48,264 nt of DNA from an archaeon (GTDB lineage: Archaea > Asgardarchaeota > Thorarchaeia > Thorarchaeales > Thorarchaeaceae), in assembly GCA_024276825.1 (NCBI GenBank), contig JAJRWI010000046.1, forward strand, positions 1 to 48,264, read 5' to 3'. Below the pieces are notes generated by a model. The model was not told the origin of the DNA and did not search any database. It worked only from the letters and a program-made list of their open reading frames with translations. The position numbers and the translations under genes are program-made. Shown piece after piece: positions 27,831 to 38,431 of this stretch. Position 1 is the stretch's first letter. Every line of letters begins with the position of its first letter.

Positions 27831-29309
27831 TCAGACAAGACCGACTCTCTCATTGAATGCAGTGATGAGCTTGTCAATTTCAGGTGTCATCTGTTGAATT
27901 GAACCCCAGTAGTTGTCATGATCATACCATTGCCTGTTCAACTCATCAAGGTCGAACATCTGTTGCTCAATCCATGTGAAATACTTCAGGTGATGAATCC
28001 TCTTTCTCTCGTAATAATCCAGTTCAATCATTGCATCGGTCTTTTGTCCCAGCAGATTTCTATGGTAGTCTCGAACTGCATTCTCGCATGTGTACTCACC
28101 ATACTGGGCGGTTGCTTCTCTGAGTCTAGATTGGTACATGTCCATAGAGTCTGTGAATACTGTGATCACTATGTCATTTCTAGTGAGCTCGTAATATTTG
28201 GCAAACTTGATGGCCATAAGCACATTTGCAATGCTTGATATGCCTAGGATATCAAGACTATTGACCAGCTCCTCAGGTGCACCCACATCGTTGATTAGAT
28301 ACTTTCTTCCAGCAGGTTCGTTGAAGAGTCTGATCAGATTCATTGGGTCGTTGTCATCAATTGCTATTATCATGTCCGTATTCTTTACATTATGGATCCA
28401 TGGCACATGTTTGTCACCTATGCCCTCAATTCTATGAGCCCCATAGCCATTGAGCCAGAGTGTAGGACATTGAACAGCCTCCCCAGCTGCGATCTTTGAA
28501 GTTGGATATTGCTGCTTTAGAAAGTCGCCACATGCGATGGTTCCTGCTGAACCTGTTGTGAGCACAACACCACGATACTTTCCTCCACCAATCTCTTTGT
28601 CTATGACCTCTTTCATTGCATTGCCCGTTACATCGTAATGAAACAAATAGTTTCCAAATTCAGAAAATTGATTGAATATGAAGATATCATCGCCTCTTGT
28701 TCTCTTTAACTCCCAGCATTTGTCATAAATCTCCTTCACATTGCTCTCACTGCCCGGAGTCTTAATGATCTCTCCTGCGACCTTTGACAGCCAATCAAAA
28801 CGTTCCTGCGACATTTCCTCAGGGAGAATAGCAATGGACTCGCAAGCGAGCAATGTGGCATCATACGCCCCACCTCTGCAATAGTTCCCTGTGCTTGGCC
28901 AAACTGCCTTGTGTTTTGTGGGATCAAACTGCCCGGTTACCAAGGGCGGGACCAGACACCCAAAAGTTGCACCCACTTTGTGTGCTCCTGTAGGAAACCA
29001 TTTCCCAACGAGAGCGATAATCCTTGCCTCAACGCCAGTGAGTTCGGGTGGCAACTCCACGTAGTTAGCAATATCACGGAAAAGACCCCCCTTTTCAATG
29101 GGTTCGTTCTTCCAAGTTATCCTAAAGAGGTTCCGGGGTACTATGTCCCAGAGCCCAATGTCCTTCAGCTCATTCTTTATCTTTTGTGGGACTTTCGAGG
29201 GGTTCTTCATCTGTTCAAATGTGGGAATGATGATGTTTCTCTCTCGACATCTCTTTACTGTACGTTCAAGCTGGTCCTCATGAATTGTAAGATCTATCAT
29301 TTCTATCAC
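27831..29309 (-). CDS. PLP-dependent enzyme, fold type II (cysteine-synthase-like, substrate unknown)
   Basis: PTGAHKVG (PLP Lys), PSTGNYCRGG, NQFSE, TGSAGT, HRIEGIG. Confidence 0.85.
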   Translation of the reverse strand: MIEMIDLTIHEDQLERTVKRCRERNIIIPTFEQMKNPSKVPQKIKNELKDIGLWDIVPRNLFRITWKNEPIEKGGLFRDIANYVELPPELTGVEARIIALVGKWFPTGAHKVGATFGCLVPPLVTGQFDPTKHKAVWPSTGNYCRGGAYDATLLACESIAILPEEMSQERFDWLSKVAGEIIKTPGSESNVKEIYDKCWELKRTRGDDIFIFNQFSEFGNYLFHYDVTGNAMKEVIDKEIGGGKYRGVVLTTGSAGTIACGDFLKQQYPTSKIAAGEAVQCPTLWLNGYGAHRIEGIGDKHVPWIHNVKNTDMIIAIDDNDPMNLIRLFNEPAGRKYLINDVGAPEELVNSLDILGISSIANVLMAIKFAKYYELTRNDIVITVFTDSMDMYQSRLREATAQYGEYTCENAVRDYHRNLLGQKTDAMIELDYYERKRIHHLKYFTWIEQQMFDLDELNRQWYDHDNYWGSIQQMTPEIDKLITAFNERVGLV

Positions 29310-29496
29310 TCTTCTCAGATAATTCCATTTTAGAAGCGTTAGGTGACGACAGCCATTTCAAGAAAACTTTTCCGATGTCCCAATGAATTAGTATTTTAGT
29401 AAATTCGCCTGCTATCAGGTTGAAAAAACAGCAGTTATTGAATTCATGATTCTAAAAAAGTTGAATGCCATCTTAATACAATTGGGAGGCTAATTA

Positions 29497-32250
29497 ATGA
29501 ATAATAATGAACACAAGAAAAAGCTAGTATATCGATTCGGTGCAGGCTTTGCTGATGGCACGGGCGATATGAAGAATGAGCTTGGAGGCAAGGGTGCATC
29601 TTTAGCATCTGCGACTCTGCTCGGACTTCCTGTTCCTCCAGGCTTCACCATTACAACCGGTGTATGTACTATCTATATGGAAACAGGCAAGCTTATTGAT
29701 GAGGTCAAAGAACAGGTTAAGGAAGCACTCGAATGGGTTGAGGAGATAATGGGGGCAAAATTTGGTGATCCTGAGAATCCTCTCCTTGTTTCTGCAAGAT
29801 CTGGTGCAAGACAAAGTATGCCGGGGATGATGGAAACCGTTCTTAATGTGGGCCTGACAACCAAGACCATTCCTGGTCTAATTAAACAGACCCAGAATGA
29901 ACGTTTCGTTTATGACTCTTATCGAAGACTTATCATGATGTATAGCGATGTAGTTCTTGAAAAGGCCGAAGGAATTGAACCCGAGGAAGGCGAACTAGGA
30001 ATTCGCGGTCGTTTGGACCAGATAATGTCTACAATGAAGCGCGAGCGCGGATACACTTCTGATACGCAATTGACTGTTGATGATCTTAAAGAATTATGCG
30101 ACCTCTTCAAGGTTGAAGTAAAGCGGACTCTTGATGTTGATTTTCCTGACGATCCCTGGGATCAGCTCTGGGGTGCCATAGGAGCAGTATTCAAAAGCTG
30201 GACTGGATCACGTGCTGTAGCTTATCGCAGGATTGAAGGAATTCCAGACTCGTGGGGAACCGCCTGTACTGTTCAAGCAATGGTCTTTGGAAATATGGGC
30301 GAAAAGTCTGCAACTGGTGTGGCATTCAGTAGGCACCCGGCAACTGGTGCAAATGAGTTCTATGGCGAAGTCCTGTTCAATGCTCAGGGTGAGGATGTAG
30401 TTGCTGGAATACGAACTCCAAATCCCATGAATGAAGAGAGCAAGAATGAGCAGAACAAACATTTGCCCACTCTTGAAGAAAAGATGCCAGAGATATACAA
30501 ACAGCTCTGCGAGATCCGAAAGACCCTAGAAGAATACAGCAAGGACATGGTTGATATCGAATTCACAATCCAAGAAGGCTCACTATACCTTGTTCAACAT
30601 CGAGTGGGCAAGAGAACCGCAACTGCGGCACTAAACATTGCCTTGGACTTTCTGGAGGAAGGGCTCATAAATGAGGAAACCGCAGTTCTTCGAGTTAACC
30701 CAGAACAATTGGGCCAACTGCTCTTCCCAATTCTAGACCCTAAGGAGGAAGCAAAGCATAAACCCATTGCCAAAGGCTTGCCCGCTGGACCTGGTGGGGC
30801 TTCTGGTCAGATTGTGTTTACCCCCGAGGCAGCTGTTGAGTGGCATAAGAAGGGCAAGAAGGTAATTCTTGTAAGAGAAGAGACCAGTCCTGAGGATATT
30901 GAAGGTATGCGTGCAGCTAATGCTATCTTAACTGGTAGAGGTGGAATGACCAGCCATGCTGCACTTGTCGCCAGAGGGTGGGGCAAGTGCTGTATCGTTG
31001 GTGCTGCGGGCATTGAAATTGACATTATTGGCAAATGCATGAAAGTGAAGATGGATGGCAAAGAGAAGGTCTTTAATGAGGGCGATGTGCTGACCCTAAA
31101 TGGCACTAAGGGTCTCGTCTATGAAGGCGAGCTTCCAATGATGGATGCTACTAAGAATCCTCGACTCATTAAGTTCATGGAGCTTGTTGATAAGTATCGT
31201 AGACTTGGAATACGTGCCAACGCTGACACTCCTGAAGATGCCCGTCAAGCACTCGAATTTGGTGCAGAAGGAATTGGTCTTTTCAGAACTGAACATATGT
31301 TCTACGGTGCTGGGTCTGATGAACCGCTGTTCTTGCTAAGAAAGATGATTCTCAGCACAACTCGAAAAGAGAGGATTCAAGCGCTTAAAGAACTCGAACC
31401 CTATGTCAAGAACGATATCAAAGCAACTCTCGAGGTCATGGACGGTCGTCCAGTGACTATCAGACTCCTTGATCCTCCACTACACGAGTTTGTACCTCAG
31501 AGTAGGATTGGTCAGGAACGTCTTGCACATGCTTTGAACATTGACATTGAAGAGGTTAAGAAGCGTGGAGAGATCCTTCACGAGAACAACCCAATGATGG
31601 GCCATCGTGGTGTAAGGTTAGGGCTTACTTATCCCGAGATCTATGAGATGCAGGTCCGTGCAATCCTTCATGCTGCTGCCGACTTGATTTCAAATGGCAA
31701 GGAAGTGCATCTTGAGATTATGATTCCAGTTGTCAGCGGTTCGGCAGAGATTAATGCCATGAAACTCATTGTGGATAATGTGTATGAGGATGTTCGTGAG
31801 GAAGTAGGATTTGACATCCCATTCTTGTACGGCACCATGATTGAGATTCCACGAGCGTGCATGCGAGCTGGCGATATTGCAAAGGTTGCTGAGTTCTTCT
31901 CATTTGGAACCAACGATCTCTCACAGATGGGCTTTGGATTCAGTAGGGATGACATTGACTCTTTCCTCCCATACTACTTAGATCATCATCTCTTGCGAAA
32001 CGATCCTTTTCAGAGCATCGATAAGAGGGGAATTGGTCAGCTCATGGAGATTGCAATCGAACGAGGCAAAGACACTCGTAGAGACCTCAAACTGGGTGTT
32101 TGCGGTGAACATGGCGGCGATGCAAGGTCAGTGGAGTTCTTCCACAAGATTGGTCTTGACTATGTTTCATGTTCACCATTCCGTCTGCCCATTGCAAGAC
32201 TGGCAGCAGCTCATGCTGCAATCAAAGAGAAACGTGGAGAGCTTGACTGA
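29497..32250 (+). CDS. ppdK: Pyruvate, phosphate dikinase
   Basis: LGGKG, PVPPGF, SMPGMMETV, QGEDVVAG, GGMTSHAA (phospho-His), GIGLFRTEHMF, FSFGTNDL, CGEHGG. GGGAGG lies upstream. Confidence 0.97.
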   Translation: MNNNEHKKKLVYRFGAGFADGTGDMKNELGGKGASLASATLLGLPVPPGFTITTGVCTIYMETGKLIDEVKEQVKEALEWVEEIMGAKFGDPENPLLVSARSGARQSMPGMMETVLNVGLTTKTIPGLIKQTQNERFVYDSYRRLIMMYSDVVLEKAEGIEPEEGELGIRGRLDQIMSTMKRERGYTSDTQLTVDDLKELCDLFKVEVKRTLDVDFPDDPWDQLWGAIGAVFKSWTGSRAVAYRRIEGIPDSWGTACTVQAMVFGNMGEKSATGVAFSRHPATGANEFYGEVLFNAQGEDVVAGIRTPNPMNEESKNEQNKHLPTLEEKMPEIYKQLCEIRKTLEEYSKDMVDIEFTIQEGSLYLVQHRVGKRTATAALNIALDFLEEGLINEETAVLRVNPEQLGQLLFPILDPKEEAKHKPIAKGLPAGPGGASGQIVFTPEAAVEWHKKGKKVILVREETSPEDIEGMRAANAILTGRGGMTSHAALVARGWGKCCIVGAAGIEIDIIGKCMKVKMDGKEKVFNEGDVLTLNGTKGLVYEGELPMMDATKNPRLIKFMELVDKYRRLGIRANADTPEDARQALEFGAEGIGLFRTEHMFYGAGSDEPLFLLRKMILSTTRKERIQALKELEPYVKNDIKATLEVMDGRPVTIRLLDPPLHEFVPQSRIGQERLAHALNIDIEEVKKRGEILHENNPMMGHRGVRLGLTYPEIYEMQVRAILHAAADLISNGKEVHLEIMIPVVSGSAEINAMKLIVDNVYEDVREEVGFDIPFLYGTMIEIPRACMRAGDIAKVAEFFSFGTNDLSQMGFGFSRDDIDSFLPYYLDHHLLRNDPFQSIDKRGIGQLMEIAIERGKDTRRDLKLGVCGEHGGDARSVEFFHKIGLDYVSCSPFRLPIARLAAAHAAIKEKRGELD

Positions 32251-32255
32251 ATCAA

Positions 32256-32333
32256 CTCTCTATTCTCTTTTTTTTTTAACTGAAGGAAAGGGAGTAATGG
32301 GCTGTGCTCCTTCAGATTTGAAGAGATAGAGAG
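32256..32333 (+). terminator. Oligo-T tract (T10, 32268-32277) within nested inverted repeats after ppdK
   Basis: The T-run starts 18 nt after the stop. CTCTCTATTCTCTT pairs with AAGAGATAGAGAG, and CTGAAGGA with TCCTTCAG. Confidence 0.55.
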
Positions 32334-32618
32334 GATGTTTTGAGTTCTTGCTTTTCAATCACAGCCCATGAATTAATTCAACATGATATTAATAATATCA
32401 AAAGAATATCATTCTACTTTTTGAACACCATCTAATATGTTTATTCTACTTCTTGAACAAGATTTCACTCCAGATTGATTATTTCTTCCAGTAATTGGAT
32501 AAATTGCCCCATAAAATTGCTTTTGGCCAAGATTTTTATTCAATACAAAAAGGCCAAATGCAGAGAACTGGGACAACTCTCAGCATTAAGATCTCAAATG
32601 ATCGAGGGAGTATTACAA

Positions 32619-33575
32619 ATGACAAAGAGAATTCTAGTGACTGGCTCATATGGACAGATAGGTACTGAACTGGTTGGCGAACTCAGAAAACGCTATGGCG
32701 GTGAGAATGTCATAGCAACAGGTAGGAAGAAGCCTCCTGAGATATTAACAAGAGATGGGCCATACTACCGGTTGGACATACTTGATGAGAACCAACTTCA
32801 TACAATGTTGGTTGATTATGATATTGATATCATCATTCACAATGCATCGGTTCTGTCTGCTGTAGGAGAGAAGAATCCACAGCTGGCCTATAGGACCAAT
32901 GTTCAAGGGACATACAATGTCATGGAGGCTGTTCGTATCCTCGGACTTGAGCAGGCATTGGTTCCATCATCAATTGCAGCTTTTGGACCAAGCACACCCC
33001 GCGACAACACTCCAAATGATGTCATCATGAGACCTACAAGCATGTACGGCGTGACTAAAGTGTTTGTAGAGCTCTTCGGCGAGTACTATAATCTGCGATA
33101 TGGTGTCAACTTCAGATCATTGCGATATCCTGGAGTGATCAGTTCCGAAGCATTGCCTGGCGGCGGGACAACAGACTATGCTGTTGAGATATTCTATGAG
33201 GCATTAAAGAACAAAAAGTACACATGCTTCCTTGGACCTGACACTAGGCTTCCAATGATGTATATGCCTGATTGCATCAAGTCTACCATCGACCTTATGG
33301 AGGCTGATGACTCAAGACTCAAACACAGGACCTTCAATGTCACCGCATTCAGTTTCACTCCTGCTGAACTTGCTGAGGAGATAAAGAAGCATATTCCTGA
33401 GTTTGAGATAGCCTACGAACCTGACTTTAGGCAGAAGATTGCCGAGTCTTGGCCAATGTCTATTGATGACAGTGTGGCTCGTGAGGAATGGGACTGGAAA
33501 CCTGACTATGATCTTGCTGGCATGGTCAAAGACATGCTCGAGAAATTATCAAAGAGACTTGGCATTGTGTACTAG
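32619..33575 (+). CDS. tdh: L-threonine 3-dehydrogenase (SDR / NAD-dependent epimerase family)
   Basis: ILVTGSYGQIG, LSAVGE, PSSIAAFG, YGVTK, PGGGTTDYAV, LPMMYMPD and IAESWP match SDR-type ThrDH. The ATG at 32619 follows GAGGGAG. Confidence 0.85.
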   Translation: MTKRILVTGSYGQIGTELVGELRKRYGGENVIATGRKKPPEILTRDGPYYRLDILDENQLHTMLVDYDIDIIIHNASVLSAVGEKNPQLAYRTNVQGTYNVMEAVRILGLEQALVPSSIAAFGPSTPRDNTPNDVIMRPTSMYGVTKVFVELFGEYYNLRYGVNFRSLRYPGVISSEALPGGGTTDYAVEIFYEALKNKKYTCFLGPDTRLPMMYMPDCIKSTIDLMEADDSRLKHRTFNVTAFSFTPAELAEEIKKHIPEFEIAYEPDFRQKIAESWPMSIDDSVAREEWDWKPDYDLAGMVKDMLEKLSKRLGIVY

Positions 33576-33587
33576 ATCATCAAGATA

Positions 33588-33610
33588 GTGTGTGCTTGTT
33601 GGGCACACAC
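33588..33610. terminator. Hairpin between convergent genes
   Basis: GTGTGTGC-N7-GCACACAC, followed by a pyrimidine-rich tract and the palindrome AATATTGCAATATT (33630-33643). Confidence 0.45.
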
Positions 33611-33643
33611 CTCTCATTCTATTCTCTTGAATATTGCAATATT

Positions 33644-35263
33644 TCAATTGTTCTTGATAGCCCTCTTCTTACTGATTATTGGATACACGATAAGTATTAT
33701 TCCAATCATCAATGAGATAGAGAGTCCGACTAGAAGGAGGTTTCTCGCATCGATTTCAAATGGCTCTTTGCCAAGAAGAGAGAGATCCATAATTACAATG
33801 ACCCCATCAGTGTCATAGTCGCCATCCGCCTTGAAGCACTGAAATCCATTTTTTGTTGCAATATCAATCGAATTTGTGGTTCCAGCAAGGATAATGCGGT
33901 TCTTGGAGTCAATCACTAATCTTGGAGTTGATTCAGCATCATTGCCACCAAAGTAGGTTCCAAACACTCTATCAAAGGTATCATTAAGTATCATTACATA
34001 GATGTCGATTCCCCCCATCTGATTTTGCAGAGGATTCATGACATACAAGTCTGAATCTGTCCATGTAGCAACGATAAGATTTCCATTTACGTCAGTTGCA
34101 ATGTCAGTTGTAATTATGCTCTTGTCAGTCATTATTGTCTTATTTTGAATAATCCTCCCCGAGTATGGGTCCAATTTAATGATGAGACTATTATATCTCA
34201 CCATTTCAGACATGAATGAAAAAGAGAGCTCTTGAATAACAACTGCTGCCAAGATTCCATCATCCCCGAGTCTGATGCACTCACCAAACTCGTTGCCCTC
34301 GTCATCAATTATTATTGATTGGACTATGTTGCCTTCTTTGTTTAAAATTACAACAAATGAGCCATTTTGCTGAATTGGTGGATTATTAAACATTGTACTT
34401 TTGTTGGTTAAAGTTCCGATTATCATAACATTTCCTAGATTGTCCACTTCAAGGCAGTCACCACTTAATGATGGATACTCAAGACCATCCGATCCCAAAA
34501 ACATACTAAAGGTGATATTTCTACAATCTGCAGTTAGTCTTGCAAGAAATACATCCATTTCTGCATTGAAAGAATTGATTGGACTGAATACCATTGGGAA
34601 ATCTGGCGAGTTGGTCCACCCCGTGATAATTATTTCATCCTGCCAGAGTTCAATGCCAGTGATCATGTCATTATTATATCCCCCAATATATGTTGAATAG
34701 AGAAGTTCTCCTGTTGAACTGAATCTACTAACGAAGCCATCCCATGTCCATCCACTTCTAAATTTCTGGCTTGCATCTGAAGTAGTTGGGAAATTGACTG
34801 ATATTGTGGCACCTACAACAATTATGTCGCCATTGCTAGTTATAGTAAGATCATGAGGCTCATCATCATATTTTCCGCCGAATACTATAAAGAAGACTAG
34901 TTCTCCATATTGCGTGATCTTTGCGAGAAAGCAATCGGTATATGTGAATCTCCCTAGTGAAGTTCTGACATCACCTATCTGTTTGACTTTGTCCTTGAAG
35001 AATGGAAAGTTATAGGATTCAGTTGTTCCAATGATGTAGATGCTGTCATCTGGTCCAGTCTTTACTTTAATTATCGTGTCGTTCTCATTCCCCCCAATAT
35101 AGGACAGGAATATCACAGTCTGATTGTCTGCTATGGAATCAGTCACATTCGGAGAAGTCTCATTGGAACCCAACATGCTGGCATAAACTTGACTTGGAAT
35201 AAATGTAGGCGTCAATAATGCAATTAGCACGACAATTGATGTCCAAAATGGCCGTTTTATCAC
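33644..35263 (-). CDS. Secreted, C-terminally anchored SBBP-repeat beta-propeller protein
   Basis: Signal peptide; repeats of type STYIGG-x-x-x-D...I-x-x-x-G-x-T-x-S-x-x-FP...D-x-F-x-x-R/K; C-terminal TM and basic tail. Confidence 0.85.
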   Translation of the reverse strand: MIKRPFWTSIVVLIALLTPTFIPSQVYASMLGSNETSPNVTDSIADNQTVIFLSYIGGNENDTIIKVKTGPDDSIYIIGTTESYNFPFFKDKVKQIGDVRTSLGRFTYTDCFLAKITQYGELVFFIVFGGKYDDEPHDLTITSNGDIIVVGATISVNFPTTSDASQKFRSGWTWDGFVSRFSSTGELLYSTYIGGYNNDMITGIELWQDEIIITGWTNSPDFPMVFSPINSFNAEMDVFLARLTADCRNITFSMFLGSDGLEYPSLSGDCLEVDNLGNVMIIGTLTNKSTMFNNPPIQQNGSFVVILNKEGNIVQSIIIDDEGNEFGECIRLGDDGILAAVVIQELSFSFMSEMVRYNSLIIKLDPYSGRIIQNKTIMTDKSIITTDIATDVNGNLIVATWTDSDLYVMNPLQNQMGGIDIYVMILNDTFDRVFGTYFGGNDAESTPRLVIDSKNRIILAGTTNSIDIATKNGFQCFKADGDYDTDGVIVIMDLSLLGKEPFEIDARNLLLVGLSISLMIGIILIVYPIISKKRAIKNN

Positions 35264-38193
35264 AGGTTTCTCAACTCCTCCGTCATGTCTGTTAAACTAG
35301 CCAATCTGGCCGGGTAAAGACAGGCGATGAACATCAGGCTCCACTCAGCAATTGACAACAAGGCCATGGCCACAGGATCTACACTCACAACACCAGGAAC
35401 AACAAGTGCAATAGGAAGCATTGCAAAAAAGATCACACTCATCACATAGCCAAACAAGAATCCAAGGACTGTTGAGAGAATAATTATTGCTCCAATCTGT
35501 CCAGAGAACTCTCCAAAGACAAGTGATGAAACCTGCTTTTGAGATGCTCCCACTGCTCTGAGAATTGCATACTCTGGCCTACGCTCTTTTACTGCGGCTC
35601 CAAAAAAGAGCACGATGGCTGAAATCATCATCACGCCACACATCGATATTCCTATGAGAATGAAGCCTCTCATTCCATTGATGAACATCAATGAGGACGC
35701 AATCTCTTCTGGATAGTATTCCACATAAGGCGTTCCAGCTTCTACATTATACCTGTCCTCCAAGGCACGACAAAAGTAATCTATGGAGCTATCAACCCGT
35801 GCCTTAGCAAAGAAATACCTTGCGTAATCCATATTGCAGAGTTCTCTCAGATAATCACGGTTTACTAGAGCAAAGCCCCCTGGTCTGACCTGATGTCCAA
35901 GTTGGATAGATACAGATCTATCCCCTGGCTGAATGTGCGTGGCTCCAAGTCCTGGAGCGCTATCAACGAACCCCAAAATTGTGAATGTTGCAAATACATT
36001 ATAGTCTCCACTGCTCACATAAAACGAGATTGGATCACCGGTGCTCTTATTGAACAAGCTTTGCAAATATGTGGAGAGTATGATCCCATCATCTTTTGTG
36101 TTTAGCAGTGATATTGTGTTTCGAACCTCACTGGCGTCTTCACCCAGAGGATCGAAATTGCCAATTCTGAGGAACTCGGTAGGTTTCACTCCTTCCAAGT
36201 TAAACACATAATTCGATATCCAACTCCTTACCTCAATCACTGATGTTGCCTCAATGACATTCGCATATTCTTCAAGTTCAATGGTAAATGCAAAAGTGAG
36301 TTGATTCTGAGGTGCTTCTATTCTTATGTCAGCACCATATGAATAGGCAATCTCATTTCTTATCGTGCTCTCTAAACTTGAATTCTCAATCATTAACATC
36401 GTAGTCGTGGTCAGAGTCAATGCGAGAATAATCAATAATGGAATGAACTTGCCATGCCTACGCTTTAGGCTTTGAATAATATAGAGGATTTTCTCTCCAA
36501 GTATTGATGTTGCTGCCTTTGCCAGCTTTGAGAGAATGAACTGCATTAGTCTGGAGCCAACATATGCAATGGCGAATAGTAATAGTGCAATTGAAAGGAC
36601 TGTCAATGTTGCTAATGAACCTACTGGAGGGATGAGGTCTGGCAAATACAGTAATGCTAGTACTAGTAAAAAGAAACTGACAATGTATCTATTGACTGCA
36701 AACTCCTGAACAGCCTCTATCTCTGAACGAGTATGTGGTTGTCCTATCTCAAATATACCTACGCTGGCATTAACGTGAACCATATACAATCCCGGCAGAA
36801 ACATGATAATAGTGGCCCCAATAACTAGGGCAAACAGAGGGAATTGAAAGTTCTCCATATATCGGAAAAATATTTGAAAGTCCACAATTATGAATGGATC
36901 AGAGGCTCCCATGAATGGCACAACAATATAGACTGTTGCCAGTCCCGCAATGAAGCCGATGCACGACAACAAGACCGCCTCCCAAATAGCTGATGACAAT
37001 ATCTGATTAAATGATGCGCCTTTTGAACGAAGAATAGCTATTTCTCGTGCTTTCTCTTGAATTGAGGTCCGTGAACTGAAGACTGTAAGGAATAGGCTCA
37101 TGAGGATGATTGGAGTTGCAAGCAGAGTGAATGACTGGCTCTGCGTAATTGAAGTTAGAAACTCACTGTGCTCTTCTAAGGTTATGGACTTCCTGATATG
37201 AATATCTGGATTACTCTCAGCAACTCTGTTTATTGTCTGTTCGAGCCCATCACTAAGGTCGTCTATCCCCCAATCGAGGATTGACCGGATAGAAACTTGT
37301 GCTAGGGCTACAGGATTGAATATTGTGTTAATCTTCATCCTGTTTATTGTGTCCTCACTCAATTCGTCCTCAAGAATAATGACCGAGTCTGAGAGACCCA
37401 ACACCGGCTCATGCATATCCAGCCATGGTGGAGCCCATGGGTCGGAACGCATTATTGATGGAAATGCATCTGCTAGAGATGTGGATAGTGATTTTGGCTC
37501 ATAGATTCCGGCGACCTTTAGCATATTTGTATTTTCAATTCTGCACTCTTCTGGGAAAAATATTGGGTTATCGCCATATTTCCATACAACTGGCTCAATC
37601 ACATCAAAACTTAGCAGGTCGCCTGGTTGAAGGTTGTAATTATAGAGTTCAGCTATATTCTCTGCAAAACCCTTACTGATTAACACCTCGCCAAGTTCTA
37701 TTGTGTCGTTGCCCTCCCAATCGAATGCACTGCGAATTCTGCTCAACTTCAAATTGTCCATTGGAATTATTCGCGTGTCTTGAACACCATATGCTGGCAT
37801 GACTGTATTAGACCCATAGTAGTACCACTCGGGAATCGTCAGATTATTCAGACCAGACACAATTGCCGCAGTGGACACATAATAATCAACGACTTCAATC
37901 AGCGGGTCAGCCATTGCAGTTTCAACTGCCTTCTGAAGGCTCTCGATCTCAACACCCGAATGCCCTTCAGGGAACATGGTAAATTGATACGGGTCCTCTT
38001 TTAAGATGTCCTCCATGGCAACATACTCAGTGGTAGAACTCCAGCAGAAAATGGCTGTGGGCAAGGCCATTGCAATTGAGAGTAACAGGGCGATACCAAG
38101 ACTTCTTGCCTTATTGTTTCGAATGCTAACTATAGCATAAATAAATGACCAAGAGCGACTACCTTTATGGGACCGCTTCTCCCTCGCAGACAC
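35260..38193 (-). CDS. FtsX/MacB-like ABC transporter permease (two permease modules)
   Basis: Two copies of RE(I/Y)AILR(S/A)xGAS, each followed by TM helices, with large external domains. 4-nt overlap with the downstream gene. Confidence 0.88.
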   Translation of the reverse strand: MSAREKRSHKGSRSWSFIYAIVSIRNNKARSLGIALLLSIAMALPTAIFCWSSTTEYVAMEDILKEDPYQFTMFPEGHSGVEIESLQKAVETAMADPLIEVVDYYVSTAAIVSGLNNLTIPEWYYYGSNTVMPAYGVQDTRIIPMDNLKLSRIRSAFDWEGNDTIELGEVLISKGFAENIAELYNYNLQPGDLLSFDVIEPVVWKYGDNPIFFPEECRIENTNMLKVAGIYEPKSLSTSLADAFPSIMRSDPWAPPWLDMHEPVLGLSDSVIILEDELSEDTINRMKINTIFNPVALAQVSIRSILDWGIDDLSDGLEQTINRVAESNPDIHIRKSITLEEHSEFLTSITQSQSFTLLATPIILMSLFLTVFSSRTSIQEKAREIAILRSKGASFNQILSSAIWEAVLLSCIGFIAGLATVYIVVPFMGASDPFIIVDFQIFFRYMENFQFPLFALVIGATIIMFLPGLYMVHVNASVGIFEIGQPHTRSEIEAVQEFAVNRYIVSFFLLVLALLYLPDLIPPVGSLATLTVLSIALLLFAIAYVGSRLMQFILSKLAKAATSILGEKILYIIQSLKRRHGKFIPLLIILALTLTTTTMLMIENSSLESTIRNEIAYSYGADIRIEAPQNQLTFAFTIELEEYANVIEATSVIEVRSWISNYVFNLEGVKPTEFLRIGNFDPLGEDASEVRNTISLLNTKDDGIILSTYLQSLFNKSTGDPISFYVSSGDYNVFATFTILGFVDSAPGLGATHIQPGDRSVSIQLGHQVRPGGFALVNRDYLRELCNMDYARYFFAKARVDSSIDYFCRALEDRYNVEAGTPYVEYYPEEIASSLMFINGMRGFILIGISMCGVMMISAIVLFFGAAVKERRPEYAILRAVGASQKQVSSLVFGEFSGQIGAIIILSTVLGFLFGYVMSVIFFAMLPIALVVPGVVSVDPVAMALLSIAEWSLMFIACLYPARLASLTDMTEELRNL

Positions 38194-38431
38194 GTCTTGC
38201 TCACATCTCTTTAATATTACTAAGTGTAGGACTTTCTAAATCTTTTAAGATGAAAGGTCAGCGCAGAATTCACATCGCTTTAATTGCAAGTCTTAGGATG
38301 AAACATGAATAAATGGTGAAGTCAATAGCTAGCTGTAGTGTTTAAAGTTAATGTAAATCGTATTCAAGTCAATCAGAAGAACCATTATACTTATGACTGG
38401 TTTCATGCCATCCAGAATCGGTAGACATTCA

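Noticed and set aside
32475-32618. 48-aa N-terminal extension of threonine dehydrogenase in the ORF track
   Set aside because: The Rossmann motif begins right after the ATG at 32619, which has an SD-like sequence. The extension runs through AT-rich intergenic DNA.
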